From Candidatus Saccharimonadales bacterium (GTDB taxonomy: Bacteria > Patescibacteriota > Saccharimonadia > Saccharimonadales > JAYRRP01), in the NCBI GenBank assembly GCA_041906765.1, contig JAYRIP010000008.1, positions 2,898 to 66,897 on the forward strand: a stretch of DNA of 64,000 bases. Direction: 5' to 3'. The notes beneath the pieces were generated by a model, which was given only the letters and a program-made list of their open reading frames with translations, was not told the DNA's origin and did no database searches. Below are positions 1 to 9,770 of this stretch, piece after piece (position 1 is the first letter of the stretch; every line of letters begins with the position of its first letter). The position numbers and the translations under genes were made by a program.

Positions 1-862
1 GACCAGCTTTGTTCACCCCATAAGGAATTTCAGAGATAATAATCTGGTGTTGGCCTTTTTTCGACTCCTCAATAGCTGCCACCCCTCGAAGAACCACTCC
101 ACCTTTTCCGGTTGCAAAGGCATTACGGATCGATTCCTTCCCATAAAGAACGCCACCCGTCGGAAAGTCCGGTCCTTTGATGTGTTTCATGAGCTCATCC
201 AGCCCAGCTTCCGGATTATCGATTAATGTCATCGTTGCGTCGACAACTTCCGATAAATTATGTGGAGGGATATTCGTTGCCATACCGACGGCAATACCCA
301 TTTGACCATTTAGCAACAAATTCGGCAGTTTTGCCGGTAAAACAGCTGGCTCCTTGCGTTCACCATCGTAGGTGTCAATGAAATCGACAGTGTCTTTATC
401 AATATCACCCAGCAGCTCTTCGGCCGCCCGCGCCATACGCGCCTCGGTATATCGCTCGGCAGCAGGCGGATCACCATCCATTGAACCAAAGTTACCCTGC
501 CCATCCACTAGCGGATAACGCATTGACCAATCCTGTGCCAGTCGCACCATTGCATCGTAAATAGCAACATTCCCGTGCGGGTGATAACGGGCCATAACAG
601 TACCGGTGACATTCGCACTCTTCCTATATTTCCCACTAGGACGAATACCCTCTTCGAGCATCGTATAGAGAATGCGCCGATGCACCGGCTTCAGGCCATC
701 TCGAACATCCGGTAGGGCACGAGCAACAATAACACTCATTGAGTAGCGGAGATAGCTATCCTCCATGATATTTTCTACCGAGCGGAGCTCCACGGTACGC
801 GAATGATCGGCTTTCACCAGTTCAGGAGCCGTTTCTTGTCGGGAGTTGGTATCAGGGTCCAT
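1..862 (-). CDS. gyrA: DNA gyrase subunit A, N-terminal 287 codons (gene continues past window start)
   Basis: Absent from the ORF track because no stop falls inside the window. My translation of the minus strand from the ATG at 862-860 gives [10 protein letters not shown]...[12 protein letters not shown]...[23 protein letters not shown] (GyrA active-site Tyr context). It starts 1 nt after the gyrB stop. Confidence 0.93.
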   Translation of the reverse strand, partial: MDPDTNSRQETAPELVKADHSRTVELRSVENIMEDSYLRYSMSVIVARALPDVRDGLKPVHRRILYTMLEEGIRPSGKYRKSANVTGTVMARYHPHGNVAIYDAMVRLAQDWSMRYPLVDGQGNFGSMDGDPPAAERYTEARMARAAEELLGDIDKDTVDFIDTYDGERKEPAVLPAKLPNLLLNGQMGIAVGMATNIPPHNLSEVVDATMTLIDNPEAGLDELMKHIKGPDFPTGGVLYGKESIRNAFATGKGGVVLRGVAAIEESKKGQHQIIISEIPYGVNKAG

Positions 863-863
863 T

Positions 864-2846
<1,983 letters not shown>

Positions 2847-2980
2847 TCACAAAGAATTATGTCGTTTGTCCACACTTGATACATATTTTAGATGAAATTA
2901 CCGATTTGAGCAAATTCCCATACTTGTCTTAAGGGACTGTTTTATGGTTCAATAGTCATAAGCATTTAAAACTTCAAAAA

Positions 2981-4288
2981 ATGTTTAACAAACTTATTTC
3001 TAACTTGCCATTTAACCCGAGTCTCATCGGGCAAGTTGCTTATTACGGCCGGAGATTACGCCAAGAAGCTCGTCTTCGTAGGCTTGGTTTTCTTCTGATC
3101 GCACTGAGCATGATAGTGCAAGTTGTGGCTTTCATGGCGCCGCCTGAGCCAACAATGGCAAGATCCGGTAATGACCTCATTCCTGGAGGTGTGCAATCAA
3201 AGGAACAGCTTGTTGAATATTGTAATACCAACGCCTACCAAATTGGTGAGATTTTACGTTACTTTGGTATTAATTGCGGTCACGTCGCCAATGGACAAGT
3301 CGGTTCTATCCGTTCTACTGACTACAACCGTGCGCTTTATTCTATGGGTAGACTGCCTTACGGCAAAACTGGTGAAACAGCAGTGCCGGTGGGAGGAGTT
3401 GGTGTCTTTTATATGCGACCCTTGTGGTCATGGGATAGCCATGCCTACTCTACTTACACAGCGCTGACCGGCAGAACTGAAAGCGGCTTGGTTTTCATGA
3501 TACTGTTCAGCTGTGGCAACCTGGTTACCGTAGGCTTGCCAAGTCCGCCGCCACCGCCGCCACCACCTCCAACCCCTCAGCCAGTTTGTCCACTTGATAA
3601 TAAGTTGCTCCAGAAGGACCCCCGTTGCACGCCATGCCCTTATAACCCGCGAATCTTAAAAGATAATCCTGCCTGTAAGCCTTGTGACAAAAGTCAAAAC
3701 ACAAATGATAATATCTCCTGCCTTATCTTAAGTAAGAGTGCTCAGAACGTCTCAGAAAACGGCAAAGACGCCAATAATACAACTGCAAAAGCCGGTGACA
3801 CCATTCAGTACAACTTAACCGTTAACAATACCGGCAAGGGTACCGTAAAAGGCTTCGTGGTTGAAGAAAATATTACTGATGTGCTCGATTACGCAGAAGT
3901 AGTTAATTTGCATGGTGGAACAATAGACGACCAACATGTAGTCCGTTGGCCAGGTGTGGACGTTAAAGCTGGTGAAACGGTCAAGCAAGTCTTGACAGTT
4001 AAAGTAAAAAGTCCCATTCCCCAGACTCCTGCCTCAACTTCAAACCCAGGCACTTTCGATCTCAATATGACCAACGTATACGGAAACGTTATTAACATCA
4101 AGTTGCCTCCGACAATAATAAAGACAACCGAACAAGTTACAAAGGCATTGCCAAATACCGGCCCAGGAACCAGCTTAATCATAGGTTTTGTAGTGACTAC
4201 CGCTGTCGGTTACTTCTTTGCCCGTAGTCGATTGTTGGCTAAAGAACTAACAATTATCAAAAACGATTACAGCGCAGGAGGATACTAA
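2981..4288 (+). CDS. LPXTG-type cell-wall-anchored surface protein with poly-Pro linker and DUF11-like repeat region
   Basis: 435 aa. It has an N-terminal TM/signal anchor and a PSPPPPPPPPPTPQP linker. The C-terminus has LPNTGPG followed by a hydrophobic stretch and a basic tail (ARSRLLAK), which is a sortase sorting signal. Confidence 0.75.
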   Translation: MFNKLISNLPFNPSLIGQVAYYGRRLRQEARLRRLGFLLIALSMIVQVVAFMAPPEPTMARSGNDLIPGGVQSKEQLVEYCNTNAYQIGEILRYFGINCGHVANGQVGSIRSTDYNRALYSMGRLPYGKTGETAVPVGGVGVFYMRPLWSWDSHAYSTYTALTGRTESGLVFMILFSCGNLVTVGLPSPPPPPPPPPTPQPVCPLDNKLLQKDPRCTPCPYNPRILKDNPACKPCDKSQNTNDNISCLILSKSAQNVSENGKDANNTTAKAGDTIQYNLTVNNTGKGTVKGFVVEENITDVLDYAEVVNLHGGTIDDQHVVRWPGVDVKAGETVKQVLTVKVKSPIPQTPASTSNPGTFDLNMTNVYGNVINIKLPPTIIKTTEQVTKALPNTGPGTSLIIGFVVTTAVGYFFARSRLLAKELTIIKNDYSAGGY

Positions 4289-4291
4289 ATT

Positions 4292-4864
4292 ATGTCTGAG
4301 CACTTGCCACAGCACGAAAAACCAACTCAACATAAGCATGAGGCAGCTGAGAATTTTCGTGATAATCAGGAGGCTCCACCACCTACGCGCCACGAGAAAA
4401 AGCAAACCGCTGCTGAAGTAGAAAAGGTTGGTGAATTAAGACGACAAGCAGAACGAATCGCTTCCAGTAGCAAGGATTATGAAAAAGAGGAAGCCCCAGA
4501 CTCTACTACCTCACATCGCTTACCGGGGTCCGAGTTAAAGAGACACATGCTCGAGCGAACCATAGTAAAAACACAGAAACGACTATCATCACCGGAGAGG
4601 CTTCTCAGTAAAGTCATACACCAACCGGCTGTAGACAAACTCAGCACCTTTGGTGCACAAACCGTTGCCCGCCCTATCGGTCTTTTGACCGGCGGCATTT
4701 GTGCCTTATTTGGTACCAGTATCCTTCTCTTTGCTGCCAAACGCTACGGCATCCCTTATAACTGGCTTGTGGTGCTATTACTTGTGGCTGGCGGTTATAT
4801 CATCGGCTGTCTGGTGGAATTGTTGATCCGCGTTGTACGTCGCACAAAACAAGCTACTGAATAA
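4292..4864 (+). CDS. hypothetical membrane protein (charged N-terminal half, two C-terminal TM helices)
   Basis: 190-aa ORF that starts 4 nt after the upstream stop. The C-terminal hydrophobic segments are GGICALFGTSILLFAA and WLVVLLLVAGGYIIGCLVELLI. Confidence 0.6.
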   Translation: MSEHLPQHEKPTQHKHEAAENFRDNQEAPPPTRHEKKQTAAEVEKVGELRRQAERIASSSKDYEKEEAPDSTTSHRLPGSELKRHMLERTIVKTQKRLSSPERLLSKVIHQPAVDKLSTFGAQTVARPIGLLTGGICALFGTSILLFAAKRYGIPYNWLVVLLLVAGGYIIGCLVELLIRVVRRTKQATE

Positions 4865-4893
4865 AAGCCGAGCGTAGCTAGGATGTCCGCGCC

Positions 4894-7842
4894 TTAGTCC
4901 TTATCGATAAATATAGTGTGCTCTTTTTTTGCCGAGGGATGATTTGGCTTTAGGTGAAACTCGTTTTCAGGAACAACAGCAACAGCGTCTTGGTCTTCAT
5001 GCTTTGGCGGTGAGGCTTGTGTCGGATTCGATGCAGTCTCATCTCGCGGATGGTCAGCAGCAGGGGCTGGCGATGAGTAATGGTGTATGGGCGCTGCACT
5101 ACTCTGGGCTTCCTGAGTGGAAGGTGGATTTGATAACTCAGTTCGCTGCCCAGGGGCATCCGTTGCATAATCGGCAGAAGGATCCATCTTGGGGGTAGTG
5201 TGCGCCTTTGGCGGAGGCGGAACCTGGCTTGAAGAGGAAGGCACACCCTGGCGTTTTTTGGCAAGCCATTCATCAAGGAAAGAAGAACCTGTTGAGGGCG
5301 CCTTAGCTGGAAGCGGTTGTCCCGAAGCAGCGGGCATAGGCCCTCCGAACTGCTGAGGTCTAGGCTGGCTGCTTCCGGCAGGAGCCGCAGGAGTGTAAAG
5401 CCTCGTAGTTACTTCCTTTTCAACTACTGCTCTAGGACGTCCATACTTGGCCGCAGAGAGCTGTTTGAGTGCTTTAGCGAGATCCGGGTTTTCTGATCCC
5501 ATAGGTGGCACTGTGGCCATGCTGAACGGCTGTGTAGGCACTCCCCCGATTAATATCTGTGTAATAGTATTGTAGTTGGGTAATCTCAAAATGTCTTCGC
5601 GATCAAATACCGGCTGGAACTTCCTACTAAGCGCATCGGCGTCAGCATCCGCTCCAACCCTAAAAGCTGTTATGGAACCGACATTACCAAAAACAGCGTC
5701 TCTTATTTCATCAGTAAGCTGAGTGGTGAACTGGTTTGCCACAATCAAGTTCAGTCTATATTTTCGTGCTTCGGAAAGAATGGTTGCAAATGAATCAGTT
5801 GAAAAGTTTTGAAACTCATCAACGTATAAGCAAAAATCATTCCGTCGGTCTTCAGGCATGTCTGCCCGGCTCATAGCTGCCGCTTGAAACTTCATGACGA
5901 AAATCATACCCAACAACTTGGAATTCAACTCGCCTGTTCTACCCTTACTTAAGTTCACAAACAGAAGCTTATTATTATCCATAACGTCTCGCAGGTTAAA
6001 CGCACTCTTGGATTGACCAATAATGTTGCGCATCATGGAGTTACTCAAAAATGCGCCAAATTTACTGACAAACCAACTCTTCACCTCACCAAATTCGTTT
6101 GACCGTTCTGAGCCAGGCATCTCTTTCGTCCAAAAGTCTATCACTGTCCGATCTGTGACATACTTCAACTTTTGCCGCACATAAGAGGGGTCCGAGAACA
6201 ACTTAGGGATATCAACAAAGGTGCCCCCAGCTGGGTCGGACATGACAGTAAGTGCCGCGTTGCGGAAAAGATGGTGGTAGCGTGGACCAACGATTCCCTG
6301 ATGGTTGGGATCATAGAGCTTCTCGAGCATATTAATGGCTTCCTGAATAATGAAATCTTTTTGGTCTTCATTGTGATATTCAAAGAGATTAAGCCCAAGG
6401 GGGAAATCCGTTTCTCCCGGTGAAAAATAAATCACATCTTCGGTTCTCTCTTTTGGAACCATACTCATTAGCCTCTCTGCGCTCTCCCCATGAGGATCCA
6501 CAAAAGCAAAGCCACGACCTTCAATCATATCCTGCAATGCTAAGTTCTCTAGATATACCGATTTACCCACGCCAGTTTGTCCGACCACATACATGTGACG
6601 CCGTCGGTCTTCCAAGCTTAAGCGGACAGGTTTTTTCGTGCCACGAAAAATGTTGTAACCAAGCAATAAACCTTCGTCAGGCATATTGCGAGGCCCATCA
6701 ACTTGCTTAGAGCCTTGCCTTTCAACTTGTGAAGTAGGGATATTCCGCTGGTCAGGAAAATGGAATAACGTTGCTAATTCAACAGCATTTAAAATACTTT
6801 TGTTACTTTCCTGCGGGAAAAACCGCAGAATAAATGCAGTTACGAAACTCTCTATATCCTTAGATTCGGTATACTTGAAGCCATTCTTGCCCGGCGCATC
6901 AAACAGAGAGAACGCTGCCACAATATTGCTGAGTATTGCTTGAGAGCGTTGTGCAATATTCGACGATGCCACTATCCGGATCAGCACTTCATAGGCCGGA
7001 TAACGAGTCTTATCATCAATGGCATCCACGATTGCCTGGTCCAGGCTTGAAAGTTCCGGTTTTGGCGGCGATGATTCCCCGCCTGACTTTGGTTCCGGAG
7101 GCTTGACTACCGCCAGGCCGAGCTGGCGCGCCCAACCCCAGGATCCACCTTCACCCCCTCCCTTGCCAGAGCCTTTACGCTTTTGGTTAGCTATCGCTTG
7201 AGCACTCTTTCTCCAATCTGGGCTAGCCGGGCGCAGCATAATTTGAATGCCTGCCCCATCTTCTTTATCCAATGCCGACAATGCACTCAATATAGCTTGA
7301 ATCGCGTCACGCTTAATCTCTTGATAAGTTGCAATCGGGTACGCATAGTGCTCTTTTAAGGTGAGTTCGCCTCCTAATGTGCCGCTAATGCGGCCCACTG
7401 GGCTAAAGATATTATGCTCAGGTACTTCTTCGAGCTGGGCCGCCGGATATGCGCTGACAACAGCTTGTTTGACAACGTCCACCATCGCAACCGGAACTGC
7501 CGCGTAAAAGTGTACAAAACCCTTCTCGCCAATAATTTCAAAGGCAAAGTGGCGCTGCCCATAAAACTTACTTTTAAAACCCTTCTTTAATGTACTGGCA
7601 ATAATGCTGTAGAGCACCTGTGCTTTGGATATATTCTCATCTATTACATCACGCACATCACGACCACTCTCTTCGGTATCCTCGCTGATTGGCGGCAAAT
7701 GGATCAACAATGGAATCATTTTGAGGCCTCTCTCAAAATTTTTCTGCTCGCGCAACAGCTTCCTTGATTGGAAGTAAAAGACAATACCAGTTGCTGCCAC
7801 CAGCACAAGAAGGATAACGATAACTGTCAGAAAAAAAGGCAT
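4894..7842 (-). CDS. VirD4/TraG/TraD-like type IV coupling-protein-family ATPase with N-terminal TM anchor and disordered Pro/Ser-rich C-terminus
   Basis: 982 aa. It has an N-terminal TM (FFLTVIVILLVLVAATGIVFYF), Walker A VGQTGVGKS, Walker B-like FCLYVDEFQNF, and ARKYRLNLIVANQ typical of T4CP/TraM-recognition-domain ATPases. The last ~200 aa are low complexity. Confidence 0.7.
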   Translation of the reverse strand: MPFFLTVIVILLVLVAATGIVFYFQSRKLLREQKNFERGLKMIPLLIHLPPISEDTEESGRDVRDVIDENISKAQVLYSIIASTLKKGFKSKFYGQRHFAFEIIGEKGFVHFYAAVPVAMVDVVKQAVVSAYPAAQLEEVPEHNIFSPVGRISGTLGGELTLKEHYAYPIATYQEIKRDAIQAILSALSALDKEDGAGIQIMLRPASPDWRKSAQAIANQKRKGSGKGGGEGGSWGWARQLGLAVVKPPEPKSGGESSPPKPELSSLDQAIVDAIDDKTRYPAYEVLIRIVASSNIAQRSQAILSNIVAAFSLFDAPGKNGFKYTESKDIESFVTAFILRFFPQESNKSILNAVELATLFHFPDQRNIPTSQVERQGSKQVDGPRNMPDEGLLLGYNIFRGTKKPVRLSLEDRRRHMYVVGQTGVGKSVYLENLALQDMIEGRGFAFVDPHGESAERLMSMVPKERTEDVIYFSPGETDFPLGLNLFEYHNEDQKDFIIQEAINMLEKLYDPNHQGIVGPRYHHLFRNAALTVMSDPAGGTFVDIPKLFSDPSYVRQKLKYVTDRTVIDFWTKEMPGSERSNEFGEVKSWFVSKFGAFLSNSMMRNIIGQSKSAFNLRDVMDNNKLLFVNLSKGRTGELNSKLLGMIFVMKFQAAAMSRADMPEDRRNDFCLYVDEFQNFSTDSFATILSEARKYRLNLIVANQFTTQLTDEIRDAVFGNVGSITAFRVGADADADALSRKFQPVFDREDILRLPNYNTITQILIGGVPTQPFSMATVPPMGSENPDLAKALKQLSAAKYGRPRAVVEKEVTTRLYTPAAPAGSSQPRPQQFGGPMPAASGQPLPAKAPSTGSSFLDEWLAKKRQGVPSSSSQVPPPPKAHTTPKMDPSADYATDAPGQRTELSNPPSTQEAQSSAAPIHHYSSPAPAADHPRDETASNPTQASPPKHEDQDAVAVVPENEFHLKPNHPSAKKEHTIFIDKD

Positions 7843-7850
7843 CGGTATTA

Positions 7851-8291
7851 TTAACCTTCTTTGTTTATTTTTAGCTCTTTATCGTAGCGTTTCTTGATGT
7901 AAGCCGCTTTCATCTTGTTGATTTCTTTGTTTTGACGGTGAGGATCATCTTTGGTGGCATCCACCAGCTGTTTTGCCTTTATTACCCACTCTTTCTCAAT
8001 AATGTCAGCGTCTTCAGCCGCTGCAGGCAAATTATCATCGTTATCACTTGCAACAGCCGGTGTCGAGGCTGGTGCATGAACGGGTGGTGGAAAGGCTGGG
8101 ACTGCATGAACACCAGCATTGGCATCTGCCTGACTAGGTTTAGTCGGTGCAACCTCCACAGCTTGCCCCGCTTTTTCAGCGTAATATCTCGGCTCCTCCT
8201 CTGGTGTTTCTGGAAGTTCAGGTAGAACTTCTGGTACTTCAGGTGGAGGCAGCTCCATATGTGGTTTAGATGATAAAGAATCTATACTCAT
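7851..8291 (-). CDS. hypothetical protein (Pro/Ala-rich N-half, conserved-looking basic C-terminal helix region)
   Basis: 146-aa ORF co-oriented and tightly packed (8-nt gap) upstream of the T4CP-like gene. Confidence 0.5.
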   Translation of the reverse strand: MSIDSLSSKPHMELPPPEVPEVLPELPETPEEEPRYYAEKAGQAVEVAPTKPSQADANAGVHAVPAFPPPVHAPASTPAVASDNDDNLPAAAEDADIIEKEWVIKAKQLVDATKDDPHRQNKEINKMKAAYIKKRYDKELKINKEG

Positions 8292-8350
8292 CTCTGTTCC
8301 AATTATATCAGAAGCATAGTGAAAGCATTAGGAGCAAGAACTATCTGTTC

Positions 8351-8710
8351 TTATGTCTTTAACTGCAATCTACTAATATAAAAAGAGACCAGTAGCGCAA
8401 AGATAAACATTAACAGTATATCCTTCAAACTAAGCTGATCAATCGACTGCAAAACCAGCAGACTTGTGGGGATCAAGGCAAAAAGCGAAGCCAGCACTAT
8501 AAGTCGATTACTCCGGCCCTTAGTACCTCTTAAAAGTCTCCTTACTCCGTACAAAAGAAAATAGAACCCTACGAGCAAGCAAAGATATAACCAGAGAAAA
8601 GGTAGCACCAGTAGCGGTAACGGCAATGAGGCAGGATTAGTGGTAAGTAGGAATAAAACCAAGCCACCATAGAGTGCAATAAAGAGAGAGGCTTTTTTGA
8701 TACGAGGCAT
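8351..8710 (-). CDS. small integral membrane protein (4 predicted TM segments)
   Basis: 119 aa, almost entirely hydrophobic. It is the first gene of the 8710->4894 minus-strand operon. Confidence 0.55.
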   Translation of the reverse strand: MPRIKKASLFIALYGGLVLFLLTTNPASLPLPLLVLPFLWLYLCLLVGFYFLLYGVRRLLRGTKGRSNRLIVLASLFALIPTSLLVLQSIDQLSLKDILLMFIFALLVSFYISRLQLKT

Positions 8711-8766
8711 AGTTATATATTTCTCTTTGAGCTTCTGAACTCACCATGTATTATCAAGCAATTTGG

Positions 8767-8831
8767 CCAAAAAAAGAAGCTGGACGGTAAATCCGCCCCT
8801 TGTAAAAATGTTGGCGCTTACCGTCCGAGCT
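8767..8831 (-). terminator. intrinsic terminator/attenuator hairpin in the leader of the 8710->4894 operon
   Basis: Minus sense: AGCU(C)GGACGGUAA...UUACCGUCCAGCU followed directly by UCUUUUUUU. It lies ~60 nt upstream of the start codon at 8710. Confidence 0.55.
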
Positions 8832-8918
8832 ATGACTGACCGCTCTTTTCGCCGTTAGGCGAACAAAGAGCGAAATCTTATTAATGAAGTGAGTTTTTGT
8901 TTTATCACTTACGTTAAA

Positions 8919-8947
8919 ACCATACTACTATAAGCATGCTGTGTCAA
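8919..8947 (-). promoter_or_regulatory. sigma70-like promoter (TTGACA-17 nt-TATGGT)
   Basis: Minus sense: TTGACA (plus 8942-8947), an exact 17-nt spacer, then TATGGT (plus 8919-8924). It points toward the hairpin/terminator leader and the 8710 operon. Confidence 0.5.
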
Positions 8948-9535
8948 CTAATTATTGTTGTGCGTTATACATTTTTAATCTATTCTGGTTGGTTTGTCTC
9001 TTATGCAAAGAAAATATTTGTATAGTAATTATCTCTACAACATTCCTATAATTTTTGATTTGGCAAATACATAATCCTTGTATAAAAAATGGTTACATCT
9101 TCTAGTAATAACTTGGTCATCTTATTTTTGAATTTCGATATGTTTAAAGAAAAACTTATCGGTAAGTTGGTACCTTGTAAAATATGTACTGGATCGTAAC
9201 TCTACGATCACGCCTAACCCATAAAACTTCACTCATAGTGTTTCCCACTGGTTCACTAAATAAATTCTGCACGCACACAAAATTAAACAACATAACGATT
9301 TGTTAAATGGTTCATGCGGAATGCGTATCAACACGTACAAAAAGGTTCTAGTGCTATTCACCGGCACCTTATGTAAGACATATCCCTTGAATAGATTTTA
9401 CTAACGAATACGTGCAGCAAGTTTAACTACACAAAGGTTGTTATTCATAAGTTCAAGCTCCTTAAAATGAAGCAATTCTGTCTTAAGCACAAGGAAAGTT
9501 ATACACAGGGTCCAATTATTTTAGTCATAAACGTA

Positions 9536-9564
9536 TTGACAGAAAAATAAGCACTTTATAAGAT
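9536..9564 (+). promoter_or_regulatory. sigma70-like promoter (TTGACA-17 nt-TAAGAT)
   Basis: TTGACA at 9536-9541, a 17-nt spacer, and TAAGAT at 9559-9564. It lies upstream of a ~150-nt hairpin-containing leader that ends in a terminator before comM. Confidence 0.5.
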
Positions 9565-9687
9565 AGGATCAGCACTGAATAAAAAAAGTGCTCAAAAACA
9601 AAAAGACTAAAAACAACGGCTTCTCGCAAGCCGTTGTTCCATTAAAACCTCCCAAACACTAAAAGCTCCAAACCAAAACTCAAAACT

Positions 9688-9722
9688 ATCCCGCCTGAAA
9701 ATTAAGGCGGGATTTTCTTTTG
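9688..9722 (+). terminator. intrinsic terminator
   Basis: AUCCCGCC-10-nt loop-GGCGGGAU followed by UUUUCUUUUG. It ends 49 nt before the comM start. Confidence 0.65.
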
Positions 9723-9770
9723 TGCTACTGCTTTCAATCTAATTAAATTTGGAGTATACAAACAATTACT

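Noticed and set aside
3541-3585. CCG/CCA-rich tandem tract as a slippage or phase-variation repeat
   Set aside because: It encodes an in-frame poly-Pro linker inside a continuous ORF. The codons are mixed, so it is not a pure microsatellite.
9089-9199. 36-codon ORF (MVTSSSNNLVILFLNFDMFKEKLIGKLVPCKICTGS) in the AT-rich gap
   Set aside because: It has no Shine-Dalgarno sequence, sits in an AT-rich context where such ORFs arise by chance, and has no supporting motif.
8711-9770. Chromosomal replication origin in the AT-rich gap near gyrBA
   Set aside because: Only isolated DnaA-box-like 9-mers are present: TTATACACA at 9499-9507, and TTGTCCACA at 2866-2874 near gyrB. There is no cluster, no dnaA/dnaN neighbour and no obvious DUE repeats.
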